64,000 bases of DNA from Amoebophrya sp. A120 (lineage: Eukaryota; Protista; Dinoflagellata): the NCBI GenBank assembly GCA_905178155.1, contig CAJINV010000015.1, forward strand, positions 1,403,440-1,467,439, read 5' to 3'. Below are positions 22,970 through 35,986 of this stretch, in pieces. Numbering within the stretch: the first letter of the stretch is position 1; each line of letters begins with the position of its first letter. The notes under the pieces were generated by a model, which saw only the letters and a list, made by a program, of their open reading frames with translations, was not told where the DNA came from and ran no database searches. The translations under genes and the position numbers were made by a program.

Positions 22970-25070
22970 GCTCGACGAAGCTGGCTGTGCGCGTCCTCAA
23001 GTCGTAACTTCTTTGCGATGTTGGATGGCGATTCGTATCGTATCAACAGAAGGCAAGACGCTGCAGCCCCCAGCGGCGCCAGCGTTCGGGCTGGCGCTCC
23101 ATGCCGCGCAGGGGGCTACTTGGACGGGCCTCATTTGTCTTGGATTCGGGAGCCGCCGCCGCGTCCGGGGCCGCGGGTAGCTCCGCACCGCGATGGCCCG
23201 GGCAAATGGGCGCAGGGCTAGAGGCTCAGCGCGTGAGTTCGGCAGATTGCGCGAACCCGGGGGCCTGCGATTCTTGGCGCGGTTTTCTGGCCTACCTCGC
23301 GGCCCTGCCTTCTGCCGCGGCCTGCCGCACTAGATAGTAGACCCGTGCGGGCGGTTCGATAGGGTGGGGGGGGCCCGGTCTGTACCCGCGGCGTGCGGGT
23401 GTGGAAGGGCGGCAAGCAACCGGAGATCGGGGCGGGGGGGTATTGCGTCACCCACTTCGGTGATTTGGCCGGGTGGGCTGGTTCGTTGGAGGCGGTCCGC
23501 GTACTCTCTGGCCCCCCGAGATTCGTATGGAAGGGATTTGTCCCAGGAGGGGCGCCCAAGCTAAGTCGTGCATCTTTGGGCCATTGCGAATATAAACAGA
23601 AGGGGGCGCGCGATGGAGAGATCAAGCAGGTGGGGCTGCGCACTGGTTTCGGGACCGCTTTCGGAGGAGCCTGGGCGCAGGAGTTTGGCGCCGTGTGCAA
23701 GAGCGCCAGCGCGGGGCACTCGCGGGGTGTGGTGCTGGTGACGAGGTAGCGGGGCCTTGCGCGCAGTGGTGCGCGGGCGCCCGGCCCGCGGGCCCGCCTG
23801 GAGCGCTGTCGGCGACGCACGAAAGTCCTCCGAACTGCAAGCGCCCCGCTCTCAGCTCCTTCCGCCATTCGGGCGGCAGGGCGCGCGCGCTTGGGAAAAA
23901 GCAGAAGCGCCTGCCGCTCGGGAAAAAGCGGAAGCGCCTATCTGCCGGCCCGCGGCCGGGCAGGCTGCGCGCGAGAGCCCCCTGATGTTGTACAGCCCGG
24001 CCGGGGTGCTGGCGCCGCGCTTGCCAATGTTCGGGCCGGCGCCGGCGGGCCGCCCGGGCCCCTCATAGGGTCCAACTGGATCGGGGCCCTGTTGGGTTGC
24101 AAAATCCCTTCGGAGCGCCGCGTCAGACCCCTGCCGCTATGGGCAAATGGCGATCCGGCCGTCCCGCAACTCAAAAACGCCTATGGAGTTGGCTACTACG
24201 AGCCTCGCGGCGGGCGGCAATCGCAGGCCGCCGAAGTCGTCGACCCTATGTCGCGTCTCCTCTCGCGCAAAACACCGGACACGTTTGCACTAGGGCCGAA
24301 AGCGACTGACGAGGGGCCAGAGGCATACATGCATGGAGCGCCAAATCGCAACAACGTCAGCCATTTCGTTTTTGGCCAGAAAGGACGCTCATCGATCGAC
24401 CCGCACAGAAGCGCTCTGCTCACGAGCGGAGATGCCCGGAAGCCGGTTCGCACGCGACAAGGAGTCGAATTGCAAAGCTACCCGCTGACTCAGTCGCAAG
24501 TCGCTCAGCTCGTGCTGAGGATGGAACCGTGACGGAAGGAGGGACAGCGAGCAGGGTTCAGCCAGCCTGGTCACGTTGAGGAGGAGAGCTCGAAAGCGAA
24601 CGGCGAGCGAACGGCGAAGGCGCCACACCTTCAGCGGCGGCGCGGCGGCGCGCCGCGCCGATAGGAAGCGGCCGCCCGCCGGCCGCGGCCCGGAAATTGC
24701 CGCGCGGGCTTTGCGGCCGGCGCGCCTATTTCGATCGCCCGGGGCCCGGGCCTGCCGTCTCGGGGCGGCGGGCCTACACGAATCCGGGCCGGCCACGCGC
24801 CACTAGCGAGTCGCGCGCCACTAGTCGCGCGCCCCGCGCGGCCCGCCTTGTGCTGGCCGGGGGGGCCCGCGCCGCCTGTGGCTTTGGCCTTTCGCAGGCC
24901 CTTGCGGGCGAATTCCGAGAACGCATAGGGCCCCCGGGGGCCATGCTTTCGGGGGCCGGTGCGCGCCCCGCCCCTGCGGCGCGTGCGCGCAGCACCTACG
25001 CAGCGCTGCCGGGAGTGTCGCAGGCACGCACCGACCCAGGTTTGCTCGCGGGCCGAGGGGCGCGTGCCTG
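22970..25070. other. Very GC-rich intergenic island of unknown nature
   Basis: Abrupt composition shift; many GC palindromes; only Arg/Ala/Gly-rich ORFs; boundaries approximate. Confidence 0.5.
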
Positions 25071-25371
25071 GTGTTTGTTTTTTTCCGTATCGCCATCGTG
25101 TCCGTCTTGATTAATGCGAGGCCTATTTGTTGCTTCTTGCTTGGCGGGCCGCTGTCTTGATGCGTGACTGAAAAGGGCACCGCCCTGTGTGTTCGGGCTG
25201 TGGGTTGTCTCTGTGTTGTCTCCGTCTGCTGCCCAGTGCAGCTTTTATTTTCATTCTGTGCGGTTTCTCGATGTCGGTGCCGAGCAAGGTTGATGTAGTG
25301 AGCTCTTGTGAACATACCGCAAATCAGTTGATCTACCGCAGCTTCTGAGCAGCCTTGCGATTGCAAACACA

Positions 25372-25737
25372 ATGACAACCAACGCTCCCCAAACTCTCCC
25401 TGCTTCCGGCGATCCAGATAGCCCGATCGAAATCATCCTACCTGGAGCTGGCAATAGGAACTCCGCAGGTGGATCTGGATCATCCTCTTCGTCCCCCGAC
25501 GCCTCTTCCACCAGCACGGACGCCGTAACAGACAACCTTAGCTTCCTCCTTATGCTCGTCCTAGTGGGCTGCCTGAGTTACTGCGTCGCCCACGCCGTGG
25601 TGAAGGGCGCAAGGGTGACAACTTGTTTGGAAGAGGAGAACAGTCTTCGTTGCAGTCTCGCCGACTTGGACGGGCGAGCTCTTTCAGGTTCGGAGAACTA
25701 CAACAGGAGTAAGATGAACAAAAACAAGTCCTCGTGA
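25372..25737 (+). CDS. Possible small single-pass membrane protein
   Basis: 121-aa ORF with a Ser/Gly-rich N-terminus and hydrophobic LSFLLMLVLVGCLSYCVAHAVV; no homology recognised. Confidence 0.3.
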   Translation: MTTNAPQTLPASGDPDSPIEIILPGAGNRNSAGGSGSSSSSPDASSTSTDAVTDNLSFLLMLVLVGCLSYCVAHAVVKGARVTTCLEEENSLRCSLADLDGRALSGSENYNRSKMNKNKSS

Positions 25738-26175
25738 CACATTGCACTTGAATTGGGGCGTCTTCTCTCTCGACAAGCTACTGACTTGTCCGAGGTGCTG
25801 ATTGATGTTCTTCACGAGCCATTTTTTTTGCTTTCCGCGCGGCCGCGGCTTTGGGCAATGACTTGGGCTTCGCTTATTTCTCAAGCAGAGGCTTGAAGAC
25901 AATCTGCGCGTGCTGCTCTACTCCGTCTTTAAAAAGAGACGGCAAACAAGATGGAGCAGAAATGCGGTAAACGTAGTCGAGCGACGAGGAGCGAGACACG
26001 ACATCCACTCCATCCTTCAAGGAGCGACTCCGTCTCGTGCGATGTTGAAATAACGGTCGAGAGTTTTAAAGACAGTTTCCAGGAGCGAAAAATCTTCATC
26101 CTACCGAGCTTCCCGCTCATTTAGTTGTTTTCCACCGCCACCTGTTTCCATTTGCTATAACAAAAACTCGCAAGC

Positions 26176-28191
26176 ATGTTCCTCCGGGCAAAGGCCCGCT
26201 CTGCCGCGGCGGCTGCCGCTAAGGAGGCCGCCGCTATCAAATGCAAAAGTGTCTGGGTCTGGAGAAGTGGAACTTGTCATGCTAAATCTGAATGATGCAA
26301 AAATCTGTGTTGCGTGAGTGCCAAAAGCTGTCCGCTTTTGAACAAGTTGAGAGGGAGTCTCTCATGCAGGAAAGGCATGATAGAGACCTCAAAGAATCTG
26401 CAATGCTGGGTCTCGCATTCCAGACCTCATGGGTCATGGAAAACCTGCATCACAAATCTTGCATTCTTCCAGACCCAGACATTTTTACAATCCATAGCCG
26501 CGCCGGTGAAGCAAGTGCCCATGTCGCTCTGTTGCCACGGAAACACGTACGCGTTTCACTATTTGAACCACCCCGGCTATGGATGTGTTAGGTTTGAAAT
26601 CGTGAAAGTTGAAATAGTTTGTCATGCATAAAACGGAAACCAGTTAGACCTACAGTTTGTAGTCGGCGCGTCACAAATTTTCCCGGTTGTGGAAGCGAGT
26701 CTCTCATGCGGTTTAGGGCAAAAGAGTTGCCTTCTGTCATGCTAGTTAGCAGCCCAACTTTTGACCCTTACCAGGACTATAATCTGCCTCCCGTGGGTCC
26801 TCTGCAATAGAGTCGCTTTTTGTATCGCATTTTGTGCATGAGCATGGCAAATTATTTCAACTTTGACGATTTCAAGCCTGGCGCTTCCATACCGGCGTGA
26901 TGGCAATAAGCACGCTGTTGGAAATGAAGGGGATAGTGGATATGCGAGCAAATTTCACGCAGGAAAACATCGAGGCACTGAAGGTGAGGGATGATTTTCT
27001 GGGGTTTACAGATCATATTGTACACTAGTTGAGGTAGAAATGGAATTCGAATTCGTTTCAATCTTGTATTGCAGAAGCTCGCATCAGGAGCGGGACTTGT
27101 CATGCAAAAAAGTACTTTATAAAGTGTAATTAAAAATCAAAGTACAGGAATTCGACGCCGAGCTGGCACGAAAAGGGCAGATAGCACTGGATCACGATTT
27201 GGCGGTGAACTTTTTGGATCTGGAATACATTGACGAGACCCTCCCTAGGCTCTTGATCGAAAAGGAGCTGTGTCAACAGGTACTACAGCGTTCCAGTGGA
27301 TGAAAATTTCTCATACATGATGACACACTACTAGAGTTCGTGTTTGTCATGCACTCCAACACTAAGGGTAATAAAGTATGACTTTCAAATTCTATCAGGC
27401 CCAACTCGACGTGCTGCAAAGGAAGGATGGGGATTTTTCGCCCGTGAAGTCTCTCGAAGGAAAAAAGAAAGACGCGGTAAACGCTGCCATGCTGAAGATG
27501 CCCGCCGCGTACAAGAAAAAGATGTTGGAAGACTCACTGCACGTCATCGAGAGCTTTGTGGACACAGGGTACAAAAACTTGAAGTCTTTTGTTAAAATGA
27601 CTTTTTGATGTTGTAAGATCACCTTTTTTGTTGTTTCACCCTGCATGACAAATTGAAACTCTGGTGTTGACGCGCATGGCAAACACAAAAATGACCTTAC
27701 AAGGTACCGCAACGAATCGGACGCTATGCAGGCCTTGCTGTACTACTGCACTCTATCGCAAGAAAAGACTGTTTCACTGTAAACTTGTGATGCATGATAG
27801 AATGCATCGCAGACGCATTTGTCTTGCTACACATGCTGCGAGGCATTATCTTTTTCAATGTGTTTTTTCTCAGGAAGTACGCATGGCAGGTTTTCCTTGT
27901 CGTGTGTAACGAACTTGTGATGCAAAACTTGTAAAATCCTTACAGTGAAGCACTTTTTTCGTACGATGCACTCTGATGGAATCTCCAGACCTCGAACTGG
28001 ACGCAAAACAGACGAAAAAAATTTCGGCGAAAGCAACCGAGGTGCGACAGTGGGCGGAGAAGTTGTATACGTCGGGGGACAAATCCGCGATCAAGCAGGC
28101 GGACGTTGAGGGCAAGTTGAAGGAGATGAAGACCACTTGCAATCCGGTGGTGGTGGACAAGTTGAAGGCTCTCATCAAGGAGCAGCAGTGA
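26176..28191 (+). CDS. Probable mitochondrial protein (~263 aa, 7 exons), tentatively a myzozoan ATP synthase accessory subunit
   Basis: Transit-peptide-like MFLRAKARSAAAAAAK; removing 3 introners and GT-AG introns 26984-27147, 27280-27398 and 27569-27703 gives a 792-nt frame. The gene model is well supported; the product call is recalled similarity only. Confidence 0.6.
26235..26496. mobile_element. Introner family A
   Basis: Family A TIR; DR gccgc. Confidence 0.9.
26578..26891. mobile_element. Introner family H (duplicate at 32935-33248)
   Basis: ~50-bp TIR tatggatgtgttaggtttgaaatcgtgaaagttgaaata; DR ccggc. Confidence 0.9.
27754..27968. mobile_element. Introner family J (duplicate at 34111-34325)
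   Basis: TIR tatcgcaagaaaagactgtttcactgtaa/ttacagtgaagcacttttttcgtacgatg; DR cactc; removal restores YYCTLMESPDL. Confidence 0.85.
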
Positions 28192-29629
28192 AGATGAAAA
28201 AGCGATAGGGAAGATGAAAGGCATCAGTTCGTGAACAGCCGCTTACCTGTTCCTTGCACTTTGCACCGACGCGAGTGTGCCTTGTCATCCTTCTCGATAC
28301 GTAGAAACATCAAAACCTTCCGAGCGGGCATTGAAAAAGAGCCACGCACGACGAACCTTTGCGTAGACAGAAGGTGTCGTGGGCCTCGCATGGGGACGGG
28401 CGCGGTTTTGCTTCTTCTAGAGAGCAACCGGGAAAGTAGATTCGAGTGAACAGCAAATGCGTCCTTTCGTGTGTTCATTCGCCAGCTCGCACACAGCGAA
28501 GTGGTTTTTTTTTGGAGCACAGCAACAAGATTATAGCACTTCCTTATGTCGAAGCAAGTTGAGCTTTTGGTTTTGTGCATACTGTTTGTGCATAATCAGA
28601 CTTTTCCCGCCTTTTGGCACGTACTCCGTTTGTCCTGACTCAACTCTATTTTTTTTCCCGCCCTACTTTGGCGATGTTAATACTTGAGAGATGGAGTTTG
28701 TATGGAAGCAAAGCTGACACTAAGTCTCTTTTTTCTTGGAAGATTTTATCACTTGGAATTAGCTAGAAGAAATACCACGGACTATTCTGTTCGTGTTCTT
28801 CTGTTTGAGTTTCGTCTTCATCACAATTAGTCTCTGTTTTGCTTTTCAGGACAAATTGTAGAGCAAGAGATTGCTCAAAATCTTGCTTTTGCTTAGTCGC
28901 TTAAGTGCTAGACCACTTGCATGCACATAATTTGTCTAGTTGTAAAATCTAAATCCTTCGATGAACTGACTACAGCCACGTCGTTGTAGCCTGTTTGCCC
29001 AGGAGTTTTTTTTAGCGCTAACAACTATATCCAACCGATCTCCGTTGATCTCTCCGCGCCTCTTGGGCTGATAAATTAGTCTAGCACGACTTCTACTAGT
29101 GCCAGGTTTTGTTTAAATAAGTGCTTTCTTCATTATCATTTCGGTTTGTAAACACGGCAGGTTTGACCTAGAAAAATAGGTCAGCCGGAAAACTCGCAGC
29201 TGCACCTGTTTTCCACGATTTTTCCAAAATTGAATATACTTTCCTCCTTCAGTTTATATCGTGTGTGCAACTTTTTGGTTCGTTTTTGTTTCATTTTCGT
29301 TTCGCTGCTGAAGAATTTTGAATTTCTCGAGTGGATAAGAATTCTAAACTTCTGCAGAAAGAATCCTTTTTGCTGTTTCTCTACTTCGAAAAAGGCTTAC
29401 TGGTCTTTTCAAACCGAAGCAGTTGTTTTTTTTTGGTCAACATCATTGCACGACCTTCACAAGATTTCATCTTCGAACCCCTCGTCTCTGTGCGTTCGAT
29501 TCGTCTACTCCTACCTTTCACAGGCCCATTGGACACGGTTTTACTAGGACGATAACATCACCGCGCCGAAGCTGATACCAAGTTCCTTGGAAAGTACCTA
29601 ACTGTTGGACCACGAAGACCATTGCCACC

Positions 29630-32338
29630 ATGTCTGGTTCTGCCCGCTGTGCTGAGGAGAGCATCAACAGTGTGGAGGCACATCTGGAACAAACGGGTTG
29701 CATCACTGCGAAAAACGCAGAACTACATGCCGCAGTGCTTGTGGAGCCGACACCGGGCAGCGGGCTGAATGCAGACCCACACGTAGATCCTGATCCGGGG
29801 AGCTGCTGCCACGCGCAACCCGGAATGTTGGGGCTAAATGCGGATGATGAAGAACAGAGTATCACAAAAATTCCGAATTATGACGAGAATTGTACTACAA
29901 GTTCTGAACAACATCCAGCAGCTCCGGACCTTGCTACAGCGCACGGTGCCAACAAGACCCCCACCAGCGCCGCCATTATCTCTGGTGTTCCCGCCGCGGC
30001 GGCCCAATCCGCAAAGGAACGCACCAAGACCCCCGAGGAAGGAGCTGAAGACGCAGGCCAAGAAGTTAAAACAAATGACTCTACTGCGACCACAGAAGTA
30101 TCAGCAACGATGTTTCATTCGTCTACAGAGCCTGTGAACAAGCCAACTTCCGTATCCCGAGAAAAAAGTGCTACAGTTACACACTTGTTGGAGCTTCTGC
30201 ATCACAAATTTTCTCTGTGTGGTAGAGAAAATTTGTAATGCGACGATCACAAGGGAAAACAGGAAGGAAACGAAGCACCGAAGCATTTCCTGCATGAGAA
30301 AGGTTGTCTCTGTTGCCAGTCTTGCATGACAATGTGTAACTGTAACACTTTTTTCTTGCGATATTCCTACGCCCTCCAGCACAAAACTTCTTCCGCAGCT
30401 GACCTCCTGAACATGCTCACAACGGCAGCGAACAAAGACAATAAAGTCTTCGACTCACCCGGAAATGTTGATCCCATCGCTTCTTCGTTACTCACGCCTA
30501 CCACAGCGAATAACCATTACACCTTCAGTGGGATTGATGGTTCCTCGAACAAGGACCAGCTGGATTTTAACACGTACATCACGTCCAAAGTGGGCAATCT
30601 TTCCGGCGGCTCTGCGGGCAGCACAACCTGCTCGAGTTTTGTCAGCCGGAGCAGTTCGCGGACGGGCAATGGCGCTACGTACACGACCGGGTTTCATCTC
30701 CCCCCAAATGGCCTGTCAGCTGGTGACCACAGGGGCACAACAACTCCTGGGATCATGATGAACAACAACGGGGGGACCACAACTGCTTACCAAGATCACC
30801 ACGTTAATGCCGACAGTTACTGCTCAAGCGCCGCCAAGGCAAACATGCTGTCTGATTTGAAACTCTCCAACAGCTCGCTTCTGTTCCCAGAAGACGGCTT
30901 CGAATCCTCCCCCGACGTCTCCGAAAACGGCTCGTCTCGCCCGCAATCCGCCGGTAAGGAGCCGATCTGCAACTCAAAGTCGAATTTGCCAACTGTGATT
31001 GACGAAGAGGACGACGAGCATTTGGAAAATTTATCCAGTCCGGTGGCTTGCGACCACGAAACCAGCGGGTCGAGTGAGAACGGGATGATGTTGTGCGGCT
31101 CTGAAGATGTTCTTTTCGGAGATGGTGAAAAGAAACATGGTTCTTGCAACGAAGAACAATTCAAAACAGTAGAAAATCATCGCGGTGAAGGTCATGATGA
31201 GCACCTGCATGAAGATGACCACAACTGTAACGACAGCTGCAATGACTCGTTGGAAGTTGGGGAAGAGGCGGTGAAACCGGAAATCATGCAGGAGGTGATG
31301 CGCCGGACGACCAGTGTCCGGTCCACGAAAAGTGCTGTTGGGCCCACTCAGTTGAATATGCAACAGCAGCATCTTCTTCATCAATTTCCAGGTTGTAGTC
31401 ATCTCGTCGGGAATGAGATGGAGGACGATAGCGTCAAGATCATGGAATCGATTGACGGGCCTATAACTACGGAGGCTCGACCGCACGTGCAGTCTCTGCA
31501 CGAAGAGCAAACACCAGTAGACCACGATGCGAACAGTTGTACCCACGCGCATTTTATGCACTGCAAAAGTATCGTACTCGTATGAATTGCAGGTATGCAT
31601 GACAAATCTGGTTTCCTACCCAAATCTGCATTACAAATTCCAATTTTCTTCCTGATAAAATTTGTCATGCGATTTATACCAGTGCGATACTTTAACTTTT
31701 GCAATGCATACACTTTCTCGCACAGCAATTCAGCCGCACCTACCAGCAGAAAGCGGAAGACGCCATGCAGGATATGATGACCAAGAGTATCCAGGTGGTC
31801 ACGAAAACTGCAGCGTCAGCAGGGGCTACAATGGCAGCCGCCACGACGGGTGGCGGAACGACCTGTAGTTCTACCATGAACTACCACCAGCAACAAATCT
31901 TGGAAGCCAATTTGTTGCAGCAAGGAGATCCCAATCGTTCATCCATATCACAGAATTTATCTTCCCCAACCCGGACGACGAAAATGATGATGAACAAATA
32001 CGGAGAATCTTACTTTAACAACGCTCTGCTCCGTCGGGTCGACACTTCCTCTCCGGGTTCACCGATTTTGGTTCATCCGAAGGCGTCACCGGACTATTCA
32101 GTGCAAAAGCATCGTACTCGTAGTAATTGCAACTATGCATGACAAATCTGGATTCTTAGCTAAATTAGCATTACAAATTGAATTTTTTTTTTTCCTTTTG
32201 ATAAAATTTGTGTTGCAATTATTGCTCCTACTGCGATACTTTTGCAATCCATACGGACGGCGCTCCTGCGACAATTACTATCGGGGAGGAGTTTTCGATT
32301 TTGGGAGCAGACGATGATGAAGATGAAAACAACACGGT
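29630..32338 (+). CDS. Truncated duplicate of the 5' part of the KH-domain gene, with duplicate introners at 30153-30363, 31555-31710, 32095-32253 and 32339-32573
   Basis: Identical to 35987-38695; ends at the N. Confidence 0.5.
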
Positions 32339-32853
32339 TATCCTGAGTAAAAACGTCCCCACACCAGAGTTGTCATGCAGATTTGCAATGACAGGAACAT
32401 TTGTAATGCGCATCACCAGGAGAGGCATTTTTAGTGGTGTTTTGGAATTTGTAATGCTGTAAACAGGATGAGCAGATGGATTTCTGATGCAGCTGGCCTT
32501 GCGAACCTGCACTACACTACGGACTGCAACTTGTGATGCGTGACCCCCAAAAGTTCTAGGTTTGTGTTGCAAANACAACTGGCAAAGCAGTTATCAAATG
32601 CAAAAATGTCTGGGTCTGGAAGATTAGAACTTGTCATGCTAAATCTGAATGATGCAAAAATCTGTGTTGCGTGAGTGCCAAAAGCTGTCCGCTTTTGAAC
32701 AAGTTGAGAGGGAGTCTCTCATGCAGGAAAGGCATGATAGAGACCTCAAAGAATCTGCAATGCTGGGTCTCGCATTCCAGACCTCATGGGTCATGGAAAA
32801 CCTGCATCACAAATCTTGCATTCTTCCAGACCCAGACATTTTTACAATCCATA

Positions 32854-34548
32854 GCCGCGCCGGTGAAGCAAGTGCCCATGTCGCTCTGTTGCCACGGAAA
32901 CACGTACGCGTTTCACTATTTGAACCACCCCGGCTATGGATGTGTTAGGTTTGAAATCGTGAAAGTTGAAATAGTTTGTCATGCATAAAACGGAAACCAG
33001 TTAGACCTACAGTTTGTAGTCGGCGCGTCACAAATTTTCCCGGTTGTGGAAGCGAGTCTCTCATGCGGTTTAGGGCAAAAGAGTTGCCTTCTGTCATGCT
33101 AGTTAGCAGCCCAACTTTTGACCCTTACCAGGACTATAATCTGCCTCCCGTGGGTCCTCTGCAATAGAGTCGCTTTTTGTATCGCATTTTGTGCATGAGC
33201 ATGGCAAATTATTTCAACTTTGACGATTTCAAGCCTGGCGCTTCCATACCGGCGTGATGGCAATAAGCACGCTGTTGGAAATGAAGGGGATAGTGGATAT
33301 GCGAGCAAATTTCACGCAGGAAAACATCGAGGCACTGAAGGTGAGGGATGATTTTCTGGGGTTTACAGATCATATTGTACACTAGTTGAGGTAGAAATGG
33401 AATTCGAATTCGTTTCAATCTTGTATTGCAGAAGCTCGCATCAGGAGCGGGACTTGTCATGCAAAAAAGTACTTTATAAAGTGTAATTAAAAATCAAAGT
33501 ACAGGAATTCGACGCCGAGCTGGCACGAAAAGGGCAGATAGCACTGGATCACGATTTGGCGGTGAACTTTTTGGATCTGGAATACATTGACGAGACCCTC
33601 CCTAGGCTCTTGATCGAAAAGGAGCTGTGTCAACAGGTACTACAGCGTTCCAGTGGATGAAAATTTCTCATACATGATGACACACTACTAGAGTTCGTGT
33701 TTGTCATGCACTCCAACACTAAGGGTAATAAAGTATGACTTTCAAATTCTATCAGGCCCAACTCGACGTGCTGCAAAGGAAGGATGGGGATTTTTCGCCC
33801 GTGAAGTCTCTCGAAGGAAAAAAGAAAGACGCGGTAAACGCTGCCATGCTGAAGATGCCCGCCGCGTACAAGAAAAAGATGTTGGAAGACTCACTGCACG
33901 TCATCGAGAGCTTTGTGGACACAGGGTACAAAAACTTGAAGTCTTTTGTTAAAATGACTTTTTGATGTTGTAAGATCACCTTTTTTGTTGTTTCACCCTG
34001 CATGACAAATTGAAACTCTGGTGTTGACGCGCATGGCAAACACAAAAATGACCTTACAAGGTACCGCAACGAATCGGACGCTATGCAGGCCTTGCTGTAC
34101 TACTGCACTCTATCGCAAGAAAAGACTGTTTCACTGTAAACTTGTGATGCATGATAGAATGCATCGCAGACGCATTTGTCTTGCTACACATGCTGCGAGG
34201 CATTATCTTTTTCAATGTGTTTTTTCTCAGGAAGTACGCATGGCAGGTTTTCCTTGTCGTGTGTAACGAACTTGTGATGCAAAACTTGTAAAATCCTTAC
34301 AGTGAAGCACTTTTTTCGTACGATGCACTCTGATGGAATCTCCAGACCTCGAACTGGACGCAAAACAGACGAAAAAAATTTCGGCGAAAGCAACCGAGGT
34401 GCGACAGTGGGCGGAGAAGTTGTATACGTCGGGGGACAAATCCGCGATCAAGCAGGCGGACGTTGAGGGCAAGTTGAAGGAGATGAAGACCACTTGCAAT
34501 CCGGTGGTGGTGGACAAGTTGAAGGCTCTCATCAAGGAGCAGCAGTGA
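32854..34548 (+). CDS. 5'-truncated duplicate of the 26176 gene
   Basis: Identical to 26497-28191; lacks exon 1. Confidence 0.5.
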
Positions 34549-35986
34549 AGATGAAAAAGCGATAGGGAAGATGAAAGGCATCAGTTCGTGAACAGCCGCT
34601 TACCTGTTCCTTGCACTTTGCACCGACGCGAGTGTGCCTTGTCATCCTTCTCGATACGTAGAAACATCAAAACCTTCCGAGCGGGCATTGAAAAAGAGCC
34701 ACGCACGACGAACCTTTGCGTAGACAGAAGGTGTCGTGGGCCTCGCATGGGGACGGGCGCGGTTTTGCTTCTTCTAGAGAGCAACCGGGAAAGTAGATTC
34801 GAGTGAACAGCAAATGCGTCCTTTCGTGTGTTCATTCGCCAGCTCGCACACAGCGAAGTGGTTTTTTTTTGGAGCACAGCAACAAGATTATAGCACTTCC
34901 TTATGTCGAAGCAAGTTGAGCTTTTGGTTTTGTGCATACTGTTTGTGCATAATCAGACTTTTCCCGCCTTTTGGCACGTACTCCGTTTGTCCTGACTCAA
35001 CTCTATTTTTTTTCCCGCCCTACTTTGGCGATGTTAATACTTGAGAGATGGAGTTTGTATGGAAGCAAAGCTGACACTAAGTCTCTTTTTTCTTGGAAGA
35101 TTTTATCACTTGGAATTAGCTAGAAGAAATACCACGGACTATTCTGTTCGTGTTCTTCTGTTTGAGTTTCGTCTTCATCACAATTAGTCTCTGTTTTGCT
35201 TTTCAGGACAAATTGTAGAGCAAGAGATTGCTCAAAATCTTGCTTTTGCTTAGTCGCTTAAGTGCTAGACCACTTGCATGCACATAATTTGTCTAGTTGT
35301 AAAATCTAAATCCTTCGATGAACTGACTACAGCCACGTCGTTGTAGCCTGTTTGCCCAGGAGTTTTTTTTAGCGCTAACAACTATATCCAACCGATCTCC
35401 GTTGATCTCTCCGCGCCTCTTGGGCTGATAAATTAGTCTAGCACGACTTCTACTAGTGCCAGGTTTTGTTTAAATAAGTGCTTTCTTCATTATCATTTCG
35501 GTTTGTAAACACGGCAGGTTTGACCTAGAAAAATAGGTCAGCCGGAAAACTCGCAGCTGCACCTGTTTTCCACGATTTTTCCAAAATTGAATATACTTTC
35601 CTCCTTCAGTTTATATCGTGTGTGCAACTTTTTGGTTCGTTTTTGTTTCATTTTCGTTTCGCTGCTGAAGAATTTTGAATTTCTCGAGTGGATAAGAATT
35701 CTAAACTTCTGCAGAAAGAATCCTTTTTGCTGTTTCTCTACTTCGAAAAAGGCTTACTGGTCTTTTCAAACCGAAGCAGTTGTTTTTTTTTGGTCAACAT
35801 CATTGCACGACCTTCACAAGATTTCATCTTCGAACCCCTCGTCTCTGTGCGTTCGATTCGTCTACTCCTACCTTTCACAGGCCCATTGGACACGGTTTTA
35901 CTAGGACGATAACATCACCGCGCCGAAGCTGATACCAAGTTCCTTGGAAAGTACCTAACTGTTGGACCACGAAGACCATTGCCACC

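Noticed and set aside
29630-34548. Genuine paralogs of the KH and 26176 genes
   Set aside because: Identical, truncated at the N and chimeric at the junction; most likely an assembly artefact
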